DNA of 64,000 bases from Caproicibacter sp. (GCA_041859875.1 JBFLFY010000004.1:8038-72037), one strand, 5' to 3'. Numbered from the stretch's first letter, positions 1-10,831 are shown. The notes: generated by a model from the sequence alone, not told the origin. Numbers and translations are program-made.

Positions 1-58
1 GCCGGGGGCGTTTTGCTGTTTCGAAAATACGGCGTACAGCTGCCGTATATTTTAAAGA

Positions 59-87
59 TTGAATCAAACGAAACGGTATGGTATAAT
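59..87 (+). promoter_or_regulatory. sigmaA-type promoter of fakA-recG
   Basis: TTGAAT-17 bp-TATAAT with TG extension. Confidence 0.65.
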
Positions 88-158
88 AACAGAATAAGTT
101 TGTATTAATGCGGCTTGGGTAAAATACCGCTTCTGTGATTTGAGGGAGTGCTTGCAAA

Positions 159-1829
159 GTGATTAGCGGAAATGACTTGAAAAACGCCATAATCTCCGGC
201 GCCAATAATGTTTTGAAATACCGTTCATCCATCAATGAACTGAATATCTTTCCCGTGCCGGATGGAGATACCGGCTCCAATATGTCAATGACAATCGGCG
301 CGGCTGTAAGCGAGCTGGAAAAGCTGGAAAATCCCACGGCGGCCGAAGCTGCTAACACGGCAGCAAGCGCCATGCTGCGCGGCGCTCGCGGGAATTCCGG
401 CGTTATTCTTTCTATTCTTTTCCGCGGCTTTTCTGACGGGCTGAAGGAAAAGGAAAGCACAAGTGCGGAAGATCTTGTTAACGCACTTGGCATCGGTGTA
501 GAAGCGGCTTACAAAGCTGTGATGAAACCAACAGAAGGTACGATTCTGACTGTTTCGCGCATGGGCTGTGAAGCAGGCCGCAAAGCGCTTCAGCAAAGCA
601 GCGACCCTGCTGCCGTTTGGCAGGCTGTGTGCAGCGGTTCCGAAGAGGCCCTGGAACAAACCCCAGAGCAGCTTCCGGTATTGAAGCGCGCGGGCGTTGT
701 AGATGCAGGCGGCAAAGGGCTCTGTTTTATTTTTGAAGGAATGCAGAGCGTTTTCAGCGACGGCAAAATGATTGAAGCCGAAACACAGAACACCGCAAAT
801 GTAAACGGCGACGATTTTTTCCGTAACGCTGCCGCAGAGTTCGATGAAGAAATTCACTTTACTTACTGCACAGAATTTATTATTGGGCGCGATTCCGCCA
901 ATGCAAAAGATCCTTCGGAACTGCGTGCTTTTCTTGAAACAATGGGTGACTGCGTTCTCGTCGTCAGTGACGATGAAATTATAAAAGTCCATGTTCACAC
1001 CGAACATCCGGGCAAGGCGCTGGAAGCCGCCCTCGACTACGGCCAGCTGCTGAGCGTTAAGGTTGACAACATGAAGGAGCAGCACCGCAAAGCTGCGGAA
1101 GCTGAAAAGAAAGAAACGGAAGCAGCACCGTGCGAGCCGCTTACCCCGGCTGACCCGGTAGACGAAATCGGCTTTACCGCCGTTGCAAGCGGCAGCGGCC
1201 TGAAAACCCTTTTCACCGATCTTGGCTGCTGCCAAGTTGTCAGCGGCGGCCAGACCATGAATCCAAGCACAGAGATGCTTGCGGAAGCAGTACGTGCTAC
1301 TCCGGCCAAGAACGTTATGATTCTTCCAAATAATAAAAATATTATTCTGGCAGCGGAACAGGTTGTTCCGCTTGTGAAAGACCGGAACGTTGTTGTTCTG
1401 CCTACACGCACTGTCCCACAAGGGCTTTCCGCGCTTCTTGCCTATAATCCGGACATTTCTGTGGAAGAGAACACCGTCAGCATGATGGAATCCGCCACAG
1501 CTGTGAAAACCGGCACAGTAACCTATGCGGCGCGTGACTCTGAGTTTGGCGGCCGTAAAATTCACAAAAATGACGTTATGGGCCTTGTGAACGGCAAGCT
1601 GGAAATTGTAGACCATATTCATGATGTGGGTCATGTGTGCGTTAAGCTGGTACGCTCCATGATGGAACGAAGCACAACCTTTATTACGTTGATTTATGGT
1701 CAGGAAGTTTCAGAAAATGAGGCTAATGACGTATATAATCAGATTAAGTCCAAAATTGACGGTGACGTTGAAGTCACTCTGGTAAACGGAGGCCAGCCGG
1801 TTTACTACTATCTTGTTTCTGTAGAATAG
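159..1829 (+). CDS. fakA: DAK2-domain fatty acid kinase catalytic subunit (YloV/FakA)
   Basis: NIFPVPDGDTGSNM, ARGNSGVILS, GVVDAGG, KVHVH, GGQTMNPS, GGQPVYYY motifs; GTG start after GAGGGAG; upstream of recG. Confidence 0.93.
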   Translation: MISGNDLKNAIISGANNVLKYRSSINELNIFPVPDGDTGSNMSMTIGAAVSELEKLENPTAAEAANTAASAMLRGARGNSGVILSILFRGFSDGLKEKESTSAEDLVNALGIGVEAAYKAVMKPTEGTILTVSRMGCEAGRKALQQSSDPAAVWQAVCSGSEEALEQTPEQLPVLKRAGVVDAGGKGLCFIFEGMQSVFSDGKMIEAETQNTANVNGDDFFRNAAAEFDEEIHFTYCTEFIIGRDSANAKDPSELRAFLETMGDCVLVVSDDEIIKVHVHTEHPGKALEAALDYGQLLSVKVDNMKEQHRKAAEAEKKETEAAPCEPLTPADPVDEIGFTAVASGSGLKTLFTDLGCCQVVSGGQTMNPSTEMLAEAVRATPAKNVMILPNNKNIILAAEQVVPLVKDRNVVVLPTRTVPQGLSALLAYNPDISVEENTVSMMESATAVKTGTVTYAARDSEFGGRKIHKNDVMGLVNGKLEIVDHIHDVGHVCVKLVRSMMERSTTFITLIYGQEVSENEANDVYNQIKSKIDGDVEVTLVNGGQPVYYYLVSVE

Positions 1830-1849
1830 CAGAGTTTTCAGGTGAAAAT

Positions 1850-3883
1850 ATGGCCAGTCTTTACCGGAAAAATATTCGTTCTTTAAACGGCGTCGGCGAA
1901 CAGCGCGCTCAGCTTTTTCAAAAGCTTGGCGTGTCTTCCGTCGGCGCTTTGCTTTGCTTTTACCCACGGGCTTACGAAGACCTCAGCACCCCCTGCTCCG
2001 TACGCAGTGCGCCGGCCGGCGTTCCGTGCGCTGTGCGCGCAAAAGTAACGGAATCGCCAAATGGGACGCGCATTCACGGCGGTATAACGCTTTTTAAGGG
2101 AAAAGCGGACGATGGCGAAAGTGAGTTCACCCTGACTTTTTTTAACAATCCCTATGTTTCGCACCTTCTGAAAGAAGGACAAACTTACCTTTTTTACGGA
2201 AAAGTGGAGGCCAATTTTCAAAAGTTTGAGATGACAGTGCCGGAATTTTTCCCGGCGGATTCCTGCCTGCCTATTCGCCCCATCTACCCACAGACGCAGG
2301 GCCTCAGCAGCCGCATCATTGAAAACACGGTAAGAGAAGCGCTGCGGCTTCTTCCGGAAACCGTAAACGACCCCATACCTTCCGAACTGCGGCGGCGCTA
2401 TCATCTTTGCGGCCTGCGTCAAGCCATGGAAAATATCCACTTTCCAGCCAGCATGGAAGCGGCTGAAGCCGCACGCCGCAGGCTGATTTTTGAAGAGCTG
2501 CTCGTGCTGCAGCTCGGCCTTGGCCAGCGGAAAGAGCAAGCAAGCCAGCAAAGCCGCTTTCAGCTGAAAAAAAACTTTTCGCCGGAATTTTTCTCTCTGC
2601 TTCCCTACGCGCCAACAAACGCACAGAAACGTTCGGTGCATGAAGCTATGGCTGACATGATGAGCGGGCACGTTATGAATCGGTTGATTCAGGGCGACGT
2701 CGGTTCCGGCAAAACCGCCGTGGCGGCGGCGCTGTGCTACTCTGCCGTAAAGAATGGCCTGCAAGCGGCTCTAATGGTTCCTACGGAGATTTTAGCCCGG
2801 CAGCATTATTACACTCTGAGCCGCATTTTTGAGCCTGCAGGGATTTCTACAGCCCTTCTTGCCGGTTCTGTTCCAGCAGCACGGAAAAAAGAAATTAATT
2901 CTGGGCTTGCAGACGGTTCCATTGGGCTTGCTATTGGAACCCATGCACTCCTTTCTGAAGGCGTCACCTTTCGGCGGCTTGGCCTTGTCATAACCGACGA
3001 ACAGCATCGCTTCGGCGTAGCCCAGCGCATGGCTCTTTCCGCCAAAGGGGACCACCCGCATTTGCTTGTGATGAGCGCGACGCCGATTCCCCGCACACTA
3101 GCCCTGATGATTTACGGCGACCTTGACCTTTCTGTCCTCGACGAGCTTCCCCCCGGGCGGCAGAAAATTGAAACATACGCGGTCACTTCCGATAAGCGGC
3201 AGCGGGTTTTTGCCTTCCTGCAAAAAAACATCCGCGCCGGACGTCAGTGCTACATCGTCTGCCCAACGATTGAAGGTGACACAGGCGGCATGGCCAGCGT
3301 AAAACGGTATACCGAAAAGCTGCGTACCGAATGGATGCCTGGCTGTTCTGCCGCCGCGCTGCATGGACGCATGAAGCCAAAAGAGAAAGCGGCCGTCATG
3401 CAGGAATTTGCGGAAGGAAAAGTCAGCATTCTTGTTTCCACCACCGTGGTGGAAGTTGGCGTCGACGTGCCAAACGCTACCGTAATGCTGATTGAAAACG
3501 CCGAGCGGTATGGCCTTTCGCAGCTGCATCAACTTCGCGGCCGTGTCGGCCGCGGAAAATACCAGTCCTACTGTATTCTGCTTTCCGATGCCCAGAACGA
3601 AGAATCCGTTTCACGCCTCAAGACCATGTGCGCTACAAACGATGGTTTTCAAATCGCCGACGCTGACCTGAAGCTCCGCGGCCCGGGTGATTTCTTCGGA
3701 AGCCGTCAGCACGGCCTTCCCGCACTGAAAATTGCCGACATGGCCGCGGACATGGATTGCCTGAACCGTGCGCAGGAAGCCGCACATGAGATTCTCGCAG
3801 ACGACCCGGCACTGGAAAAGCCGGAACATCGCGGCCTGCGTGCTGAAGTTCGGAAACTTTTTGCACAAACTGAGTTTTCCTGA
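1850..3883 (+). CDS. recG: ATP-dependent DNA helicase RecG
   Basis: QGDVGSGKT, DEQHRFG, MSATPIPRT, QLRGRVGRG, DLKLRGPGDFFG. Confidence 0.97.
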   Translation: MASLYRKNIRSLNGVGEQRAQLFQKLGVSSVGALLCFYPRAYEDLSTPCSVRSAPAGVPCAVRAKVTESPNGTRIHGGITLFKGKADDGESEFTLTFFNNPYVSHLLKEGQTYLFYGKVEANFQKFEMTVPEFFPADSCLPIRPIYPQTQGLSSRIIENTVREALRLLPETVNDPIPSELRRRYHLCGLRQAMENIHFPASMEAAEAARRRLIFEELLVLQLGLGQRKEQASQQSRFQLKKNFSPEFFSLLPYAPTNAQKRSVHEAMADMMSGHVMNRLIQGDVGSGKTAVAAALCYSAVKNGLQAALMVPTEILARQHYYTLSRIFEPAGISTALLAGSVPAARKKEINSGLADGSIGLAIGTHALLSEGVTFRRLGLVITDEQHRFGVAQRMALSAKGDHPHLLVMSATPIPRTLALMIYGDLDLSVLDELPPGRQKIETYAVTSDKRQRVFAFLQKNIRAGRQCYIVCPTIEGDTGGMASVKRYTEKLRTEWMPGCSAAALHGRMKPKEKAAVMQEFAEGKVSILVSTTVVEVGVDVPNATVMLIENAERYGLSQLHQLRGRVGRGKYQSYCILLSDAQNEESVSRLKTMCATNDGFQIADADLKLRGPGDFFGSRQHGLPALKIADMAADMDCLNRAQEAAHEILADDPALEKPEHRGLRAEVRKLFAQTEFS

Positions 3884-4011
3884 ATGGTCGGCTGCCATTC
3901 CCCTGCTTTTTCAGATTTCAGCGTTTTTTATTCATGCGTTGGATGCTATAATGAAGCTATAATAACCAGAATTCTGTAAGAGCCGTTTCTGAAAAGGAAG
4001 AAGGATGAACA

Positions 4012-5400
4012 ATGAAAAAAGCCGGAAAGCTTCTCTCCCTCGTTTTAGGATTAACTGTAGCCCTTTTTGCATTCTGCCGTGTCCCCGCTGCGGCGGCAAG
4101 CAGAGACGACCTTTTGGAAAAAGGGATAGACGACACCCTTTCCTGTGTGAATCCAACGATGCCTGCCATTGAAAAGGTGCTCGCCGTTCACAATGAGCTA
4201 ATAAAGGATGCCCACTACGATTACTCCCATTACTTGAGCAATACCCTTTCCGCTGATGATTTCACGGCATACGGCATCCTGGTAAACCACACGGGCGTGT
4301 GCGACGGATATGCCGATGCCTACCGGCTGCTGATGAACCGGCTTGGTATCCCAACCATCGCTGTGTGCAACAGCACCCACGCCTGGGATATCGTCTATCT
4401 CGGCGGAAACTGGTATCATATTGATGTCACTTGGGATGACCCAATCCAGCCAGACGGTTCCGACAGTTCCACCCCAACCTATTCCTATTTTATGATGAGC
4501 GACTCTAAAACGGCGAAAAGCCACGGCAGTCCATGGTACTGTGAGCATACCGGCATTTCCAGCCCCAAAGCTTCCGATACCCGTTTTGACCAGTGCCAAA
4601 ACATATGGGGCACACTGTCACACAGTGACTTATGCGCTGTTCAAGCGCCCATACCTACGACCGTAACGCTCGACACCTCTGCTTATTCCACCTACCCAGG
4701 TGTAACCTACAGCTTCCTTGCAAAATCCAATATTGGTGAATCGGTCAAGGCCCATTCTTCCGACCCTTCCGTCGTCAGCGTTGCAAAGCCAAGGGCTACC
4801 AGCAGCGGATGGATGATTCAGATTACGGCTCTTAAACCCGGGAACGCTACCATCACGGCCGTTTCGGCCTGCGGCGTGGAAAATTCTTTCCCGGTAACGG
4901 TTTCCCAGCCAGCCTTCACCTGCGACACAACAAAAGATTTTGCAGTAAGATCCGGCAGCATTTACCAGTTTAAAGTTACAACTCCCCGTCTGGTGCAATT
5001 TGTATGCGGGTCACCAAATTTCCAGGTGATTTCAACCATAAAAAACGGGAACGCTTATTTTGTTAAAGTAAAAGCCGTTGGCAATGTTGGCACCACCTGC
5101 GGATTTTACATTAACGGAAGTGCAGCGCCAGTCGTCCACGCAACCGTTTCCCCGACTTTTCCTTTTACAAGTGATACGCATGGAACGTTGTCCGTCCGGA
5201 ACGGGAAAACATATCAGTTTAAAATAACTTCCGAAAAAAAGCCTTCTTTCGCCTGCGGCTCGTCAAGCTTCAGCCTCGTTTCTTCTTCCAAAACAGGGAA
5301 CAGCTATTTCATCAAAGTTAAAGCGGTCGGCCGCACAGGCGGCGTAAGCGGATTTTATGTCAACGGCAGCAGGGTAGCCATTGGGGTAATTCATGGATGA
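4012..5400 (+). CDS. Secreted transglutaminase-like (Cys-His-Asp) protein with Ig-like domain and two C-terminal beta-rich repeats
   Basis: Signal peptide; GVCDGYA, HAWDIV, IDVTWDD triad motifs; tandem C-terminal repeats. Confidence 0.8.
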   Translation: MKKAGKLLSLVLGLTVALFAFCRVPAAAASRDDLLEKGIDDTLSCVNPTMPAIEKVLAVHNELIKDAHYDYSHYLSNTLSADDFTAYGILVNHTGVCDGYADAYRLLMNRLGIPTIAVCNSTHAWDIVYLGGNWYHIDVTWDDPIQPDGSDSSTPTYSYFMMSDSKTAKSHGSPWYCEHTGISSPKASDTRFDQCQNIWGTLSHSDLCAVQAPIPTTVTLDTSAYSTYPGVTYSFLAKSNIGESVKAHSSDPSVVSVAKPRATSSGWMIQITALKPGNATITAVSACGVENSFPVTVSQPAFTCDTTKDFAVRSGSIYQFKVTTPRLVQFVCGSPNFQVISTIKNGNAYFVKVKAVGNVGTTCGFYINGSAAPVVHATVSPTFPFTSDTHGTLSVRNGKTYQFKITSEKKPSFACGSSSFSLVSSSKTGNSYFIKVKAVGRTGGVSGFYVNGSRVAIGVIHG

Positions 5401-5580
5401 TTTCCGCGGGACAGCGCTTTTGGGCCCTGCCGCACTTTTTGCCGCCATTACGCGGTTTGCAACTGCCAGTTGCGGTATTTTCAAGGCGGATTGGTAGTCT
5501 GCAACCGCTCTTCCCGCTATAATTTGATTTGCAATATTGCAGGAATCAAAAAGAATAACTTTTGATGGAGGCATGAGAAA

Positions 5581-6561
5581 ATGATTTTAGCTGATAAAAT
5601 CTTAAATCTGCGAAAGAAGAACGGTTGGTCACAGGAAGAACTTGCAGAAAAATTAAACGTTTCCAGGCAGTCTGTTTCTAAGTGGGAAAGCGCCGCCAGC
5701 ATACCGGATATAAATAAAATACTGGAACTTGCCGCACTTTTCGGCGTTACGACAGATTACCTGCTGAAAGACAATATGCAGGAAACCGAATACACCGACA
5801 CCATGGAAGATGAAGCCGCAAGCCACCGACTGGTCACCTTGCAGGAGGCAACGGACTTTCTGAAAGAAAAGAAAGCGCAGGGTCTTCGCACTGGTCTCGG
5901 TGTTTTGCTGTGTGTTCTTTGCGCCGCTCCATTGATTTTAGTGGATGCTTTTTCCCAGCCGAACCCGTGGCACATAATGCTCACAAGGCCCCTTTCAGAT
6001 GAAGTTGGTACAGCTCTTCTCCTTTTACTCATAGCATTTGCCGTTGCGCTCTTTATTTTTAGCGAAGAGCGAATGAAACGCTTTGAATTTATAAAAGATC
6101 CAAATATGGAACTGGAATACGGCGTGGAGGGTGTTGTACGGGAAAAGCGACACGCTTTTCAAAGCGCTTACCTCTGGCAGCAGATTGCCGGAGTGATTTT
6201 GTGTATCCTTTCCCCAGTACCGCTTATCATGGCCCAATTTGCGAATGCGTCGGACGCCGAAGACTCAGCTTTTACTGCTCTGCTGCTCGTGATTGTGTCG
6301 GCCGCATGCTTCCTTTTCGTTTCTGCCAATACGCAGAAGACCGGTTTTGACCTGCTTTTGTACGAAGCCGATTTTAAGAAAGAACACACGGAATCCGAAA
6401 AAAAAGTCTCATGGTTCAGCGGCATCTACTGGCCGCTTGTTACCGCCATTTACCTCGCCTGGAGTTTTCCTACACGCAGCTGGTCCACTTCGTGGGTAGT
6501 CTGGCCGGTGGCAGCACTGATCTTTGCAAGTATCAGCGCTGCACTGAAAAAGAAAGATTGA
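5581..6561 (+). CDS. XRE-family HTH regulator with multi-TM C-terminal domain
   Basis: LRKKNGWSQEELAEKLNVSRQSVSKWE HTH; several hydrophobic helices; GGAGG RBS. Confidence 0.88.
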   Translation: MILADKILNLRKKNGWSQEELAEKLNVSRQSVSKWESAASIPDINKILELAALFGVTTDYLLKDNMQETEYTDTMEDEAASHRLVTLQEATDFLKEKKAQGLRTGLGVLLCVLCAAPLILVDAFSQPNPWHIMLTRPLSDEVGTALLLLLIAFAVALFIFSEERMKRFEFIKDPNMELEYGVEGVVREKRHAFQSAYLWQQIAGVILCILSPVPLIMAQFANASDAEDSAFTALLLVIVSAACFLFVSANTQKTGFDLLLYEADFKKEHTESEKKVSWFSGIYWPLVTAIYLAWSFPTRSWSTSWVVWPVAALIFASISAALKKKD

Positions 6562-6580
6562 GTAACAGCCTGTACAATGC

Positions 6581-6628
6581 AAAAAGCAGGAGACAGTTCT
6601 ATCAAGGACTGCCCCCTGCTATTATTTT
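6581..6628. terminator. Probable bidirectional terminator between convergent genes
   Basis: Imperfect hairpin AGCAGGAGACAGT...ACTGCCCCCTGCT with A/T flanks. Confidence 0.5.
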
Positions 6629-7323
6629 CTGAAGAGATGCTTGCCGGCAGCTAAAGATTCTACCGGGATAACATGGCTGAATACCGCGTAGTTTTTGTAT
6701 GTAATCTTCCGGTCAATATGCTGCGCGCCAAAAAACCACTTTTTGTATTTCACGTGCTTCATAATCTGCTCTAGGAACGCTTCAAGCTGGTTATGGTTTT
6801 CTGACCTCGTGCCAGCCGGTGTAAAATCTGCTTTCGGCGGTGGTTCATGTGTAAAGATATAGTCAACTTCCAAGCCAGCCGCCTGCAGGTTGTTCCTTCC
6901 CTCCTGCATTTCAAGCAGGGAAGGAAGCTCGCAGGCCCACCATTTTTTTGCCGCGATGCGCATAGCCTTTTCCTGACTTTCGCCGCCGCCGAATGTAAAA
7001 ATTTTATGGCCTTCCAGCGTATAAACCTGCCCGCGCATCAAATGGTACAGGCCGCCGTCAAGATGCTGAACCTTTCCGCCGTTCCACTCTTCCAGCGGAT
7101 ATTTTCCCAAAAGATCGAAGTTTTCGTGAGTCCCGTCGAGGAACAGAATATTGTACTTTTTCTTACCAAGTTTTTTAATATTTTTTTCTTCTTCCGGGCT
7201 GCCATCCCAAAGGAACCCAAAATCACCGCAGATAATCAGCGTATCTCCTTTTTTCAGTTTCCGAAGTGCCGGGTCGTGAAAGCGCTGTATTTCACCGTGA
7301 GTATCTCCGGTTACATAAATCAT
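6622..7323 (-). CDS. Calcineurin-like metallophosphoesterase
   Basis: GDTHG, GDFG, DGTHENF, FTHE motifs; start placed at ATG 7323 after GGGGGA RBS. Confidence 0.85.
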   Translation of the reverse strand: MIYVTGDTHGEIQRFHDPALRKLKKGDTLIICGDFGFLWDGSPEEEKNIKKLGKKKYNILFLDGTHENFDLLGKYPLEEWNGGKVQHLDGGLYHLMRGQVYTLEGHKIFTFGGGESQEKAMRIAAKKWWACELPSLLEMQEGRNNLQAAGLEVDYIFTHEPPPKADFTPAGTRSENHNQLEAFLEQIMKHVKYKKWFFGAQHIDRKITYKNYAVFSHVIPVESLAAGKHLFRK

Positions 7324-7485
7324 ACTATTTTCCCCCATATCGTACCCGCACCATACTTCGGCAGATGCATAAGTAATCAAATATTAATAATTCGTTGCTT
7401 TATATTTGAGAAGATTACTGCTATACTGAATAAGTATGACAGAAAACCGTTTCATTTATCATATCACATCGGAGGCCAAATTTAA

Positions 7486-8835
7486 ATGAAAAAAAAGATA
7501 GCCGCTTTGTTTTCCGTGCTGCTGATTCTCTGCACTGTTCTCACACCCGTAAAAACTCAGGCAGCGGTTTTTAATATTGATTTTCCCATCAACAGTGAAG
7601 CCGTTGAGCTCGTAAACCTTGACTCCGGCGCCACGGTCTATGAAAAGAATCCGAATGAAAAGCGCGAACCAGCTTCCCTGACAAAAATCATGACCTACAT
7701 TATCACTGTGGAAAATGTAAAAGACCTGCAGGGAACAAAAGTAACCGTAACAAAAAAAATACTGGATGAGCTTTCTGGCACCGGCAGTTCCATGGCCGGA
7801 ATCCAGGTTGGTGACGTTGCCACCGTTTACCAGCTGCTGAACTGCATGATGGTGCCTTCCGGCAATGATGCGGCCCTTACTTTAGCCGACTATGTCGGCG
7901 GCGGAAACGTCAGCAAATTTGTCGATATGATGAATCAAAAAGCAAAAGAGCTCGGCTGCACTGGAACACATTTTACCAACCCTCATGGTTTGCATGACCC
8001 AAACCATTACACTACGGCAGCCGACCTGGTCAAGATCTCACGCTATGCCATGTCGCTTCCATACTTTATGGACATCTGCTCGCAGCTGTACTATGACTAC
8101 AAACCCGTTGGCGGGCCAAATGCCAGCCAGACAACAACGCTTTCCACAACAAACCGTATGCTGATTTCTAGTGATGAAGACTACTACTACCGCTATGCCA
8201 AAGGCATAAAAACGGGCCATACGGATGAATCCGGCTACTGCCTGGTTTCCTCGGCTTCCGCCGATGGTTACAGCTATCTGTGCGTCGCTCTTGGCTCACC
8301 TTCCGTTGATAAAAACGGCAATGAGATTAATACGCATGGAGAAATGGTCGACTCCAAAAAGCTTTACAAGTGGGCCTTAACTTCACTGGAGCTGAAAAGC
8401 ATTGTCGGCCCGAATGACACATTGGGTGAAGTCGACTTAAAATACGCCTGGAACAAAGACAAGCTGTCGGTAAAGGCATCTAAAGGCTACTCCGCCATGC
8501 TGCCGAAAGGCGTCGCTACCAGCAGCGTTATTATCACAAAGAACCTGCCAAAATCTGTTAGCGCTCCCATTAAGAAGGGCCAGGTGGTCGGCACGGCAAC
8601 GCTGAGCTATGCAAACGAAAAGCTGGCAACGATTGACCTCGTCGCAGCAGAATCGGTAGAACGCAGCGAGCTGCTGCACACGACCGACGCAATCAAAGTC
8701 ATTCTCTCTTCCCCTTGGTTTATTGTGATTGCGGCTATTGTTGTATTGCTTCTTGCCGTTTACATTGTTCTTGCCGTCGTCTACAATCGCAGAAGAAAGA
8801 ACCTGCGCAAAGTTAAAAAGTTCCGTAAAATGTAA
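7486..8835 (+). CDS. D-alanyl-D-alanine carboxypeptidase (peptidase S11) with C-terminal membrane anchor
   Basis: SLTK (SxxK), SGN, KTG motifs; signal peptide; C-terminal TM helix and basic tail. Confidence 0.92.
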   Translation: MKKKIAALFSVLLILCTVLTPVKTQAAVFNIDFPINSEAVELVNLDSGATVYEKNPNEKREPASLTKIMTYIITVENVKDLQGTKVTVTKKILDELSGTGSSMAGIQVGDVATVYQLLNCMMVPSGNDAALTLADYVGGGNVSKFVDMMNQKAKELGCTGTHFTNPHGLHDPNHYTTAADLVKISRYAMSLPYFMDICSQLYYDYKPVGGPNASQTTTLSTTNRMLISSDEDYYYRYAKGIKTGHTDESGYCLVSSASADGYSYLCVALGSPSVDKNGNEINTHGEMVDSKKLYKWALTSLELKSIVGPNDTLGEVDLKYAWNKDKLSVKASKGYSAMLPKGVATSSVIITKNLPKSVSAPIKKGQVVGTATLSYANEKLATIDLVAAESVERSELLHTTDAIKVILSSPWFIVIAAIVVLLLAVYIVLAVVYNRRRKNLRKVKKFRKM

Positions 8836-8899
8836 TCTTCCCTTTTCAATGTCCCCTTTTTGGGGGCTGCTTACAGCTTTCTTTAAGGAAAATATGCGC

Positions 8900-8933
8900 A
8901 GAAAAGCCCGCCGGAAACCCGGCGGGCTTTTCT
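8900..8933. terminator. Bidirectional intrinsic terminator (dac / rplL)
   Basis: AGAAAAGCCCGCCGG-AAAC-CCGGCGGGCTTTTCT perfect hairpin. Confidence 0.85.
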
Positions 8934-8953
8934 ATTCCTGAAAAACAGGGAAC

Positions 8954-9328
8954 TTACTTCAGTTCGACTTCTGCGCCGGCCTTTGTAAGCTTTTCCTTCA
9001 TAGTATCAGCGTCAGCCTTTGCAACGCCTTCCTTGATGGTCTTAGGAGCAGCGTCAACAAGATCCTTCGCGTCCTTCAGGCCCAAGCCTGTGATTTCACG
9101 AACAGCCTTGATAACCTGAATCTTCTGGTCGCCGATAGCCTTCAGCACGACGTCAAAAGAAGTTTTCTCTTCTGCAGCCGGAGCAGCAGCAGCCGGAGCA
9201 GCAGCAACTGCTACTGGAGCAGAAGCGGATACACCGAATTCATCTTCAAGAGCCTTAACGAGCTCAGAGAGCTCAAGGACCGTCAGGGATTTAACATCTT
9301 CAATCAGCTTTTCAACCTTTTCAGACAT
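8954..9328 (-). CDS. rplL: 50S ribosomal protein L7/L12
   Basis: [21 protein letters not shown], Ala-rich hinge, [11 protein letters not shown]. Confidence 0.98.
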   Translation of the reverse strand: MSEKVEKLIEDVKSLTVLELSELVKALEDEFGVSASAPVAVAAAPAAAAPAAEEKTSFDVVLKAIGDQKIQVIKAVREITGLGLKDAKDLVDAAPKTIKEGVAKADADTMKEKLTKAGAEVELK

Positions 9329-9368
9329 AGTAATAAACCTCCAATAAATTTTAAATTGTGATCAAACT

Positions 9369-9905
9369 TTATGCGGATTTCTGCTCTTTTTCGGCAATCG
9401 CGTTCAGCGCGACAACCAAGCCCTTCAGCGTACCGTTCAGCACAGTAACGAACCCAGTAATTGGGCCGTTCATGCCGCGGAGCACCTGAGCAACAAGGAC
9501 TTCCTTCGGCGGAAGTTTGGCCAGAGTCTTGATTTCATCGACAGACACAGCCTTACCGTCAACAAAACCGGCTTTAACCTTGAACGTGTCGCTCTTTTCA
9601 GCGTAACCGCTCAAAATCTTTGCAGGGGCGATGTAATCTTCGGAGTTTACTGCAACAGCAGTTGTTCCTTCCAGAATATTGTCGAATCCCTCAAGGCCAG
9701 CTTCTTTCAGCGCAAGGCGGAGCAGCGTGTTCTTAACAACTTTATAGGTGCTGCCGGATTCACGAAGATCCTTACGAAGCTTTGTGTCATCCGCAACCGT
9801 AATGCCCTTGTAGTCTACAATGACACCGGTATGCGCAGCTTTCAGCTGTTCTGCAATCGCTGTTACAACTTGCTTTTTTTCTTCCAATATCTTTTTGCTT
9901 GGCAA
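9369..9905 (-). CDS. rplJ: 50S ribosomal protein L10
   Basis: DYKGITV, KVVKNTL, LAKLP; TTG start with GGAGGTG RBS. Confidence 0.97.
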   Translation of the reverse strand: MPSKKILEEKKQVVTAIAEQLKAAHTGVIVDYKGITVADDTKLRKDLRESGSTYKVVKNTLLRLALKEAGLEGFDNILEGTTAVAVNSEDYIAPAKILSGYAEKSDTFKVKAGFVDGKAVSVDEIKTLAKLPPKEVLVAQVLRGMNGPITGFVTVLNGTLKGLVVALNAIAEKEQKSA

Positions 9906-9937
9906 ATGTATTCACCTCCATATAACAGAATAAGCAC

Positions 9938-10065
9938 AACAAAAAAGCCTTTTCCGCTTGCCGCAGAAAAGGCTTTCAAACACGCAAATGCAAATGTATG
10001 AAAAGGCCTTATTCTCGGCAGGCTGGAAAAACCATTATGCGAAGCACCTGCTGTCTTTGAATAAA
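9938..10065 (-). ncRNA. L10 leader (autoregulatory cis-element with terminator)
   Basis: Minus strand AAGACAGCAGGTG...CCTGCCGAG core, then hairpin AAAGCCTTTTCTGC/GCGGAAAAGGCTTT with a U tract before rplJ. Confidence 0.85.
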
Positions 10066-10086
10066 GAACAGTTCAACTTTAGTTAA

Positions 10087-10115
10087 AGTATACCACAAAA
10101 ATGGTACGATGTCAA
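10087..10115 (-). promoter_or_regulatory. sigmaA promoter of rplJL
   Basis: TTGACA-17 bp-TATACT with TG extension, immediately after the rplA stop. Confidence 0.8.
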
Positions 10116-10116
10116 A

Positions 10117-10812
10117 TCACGCACCAAATTTGTTTGGATTAATGCGTACGCCAGGGCCCATAGTGGAAGCAACGACGCAGGAACGGATATACTGGCCTTT
10201 TGACGTTGCCGGCTTTGCTTTTGCAATAGCGCCAAGCAGGGCGTTAAAGTTCTCTGTCAGTTTCTCTTTACCAAAAGAAACTTTGCCGATAACGCAGTGA
10301 ATGATGTTGGATTTGTCAAGGCGATATTCAATTTTACCGGCTTTGGCTTCCTGAATTGCTTTGGTCATGTCGCGGGTAACAGTGCCAGCCTTCGGGTTTG
10401 GCATCAAGCCGCGGGGGCCAAGGATTTTACCAAGACGGCCTACAAGGCCCATCATATCAGGTGTTGTAATCAGAACGTCAAAATCCATCCAGTTTTCACT
10501 CTGAATCTTTTTGACCATTTCTTCTGCACCGACGTAATCAGCACCAGCTGCTTCGGCATCTTTTGCAGCATCGCCCTTGCAGATAGCAAGAATGCGAATC
10601 TTTTTGCCCGTGCCATTCGGCAGAACAAGCGCGCCGCGAACCTGCTGGTCCGCGTGACGACTGTCGACGCCCAGTTTCACATGGACTTCGACGCTTTCGT
10701 CAAATTTCTTTGTTCCGGTTTTTACGCAAACATCAAGCGCTTCATCCGGATCATAAAGTTTTGTATGATCGACGAGCTTTGCTCCGTCGATGTATTTTTT
10801 ACCGTGTTTCAT
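10117..10812 (-). CDS. rplA: 50S ribosomal protein L1
   Basis: [34 protein letters not shown]. Confidence 0.98.
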   Translation of the reverse strand: MKHGKKYIDGAKLVDHTKLYDPDEALDVCVKTGTKKFDESVEVHVKLGVDSRHADQQVRGALVLPNGTGKKIRILAICKGDAAKDAEAAGADYVGAEEMVKKIQSENWMDFDVLITTPDMMGLVGRLGKILGPRGLMPNPKAGTVTRDMTKAIQEAKAGKIEYRLDKSNIIHCVIGKVSFGKEKLTENFNALLGAIAKAKPATSKGQYIRSCVVASTMGPGVRINPNKFGA

Positions 10813-10831
10813 AGGTTTTCCTCCCTGTCAA

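Noticed and set aside
6622-7323. Metallophosphoesterase plus XRE regulator as a prophage remnant
   Set aside because: No integrase, att-like repeats or other phage genes; composition matches the host.
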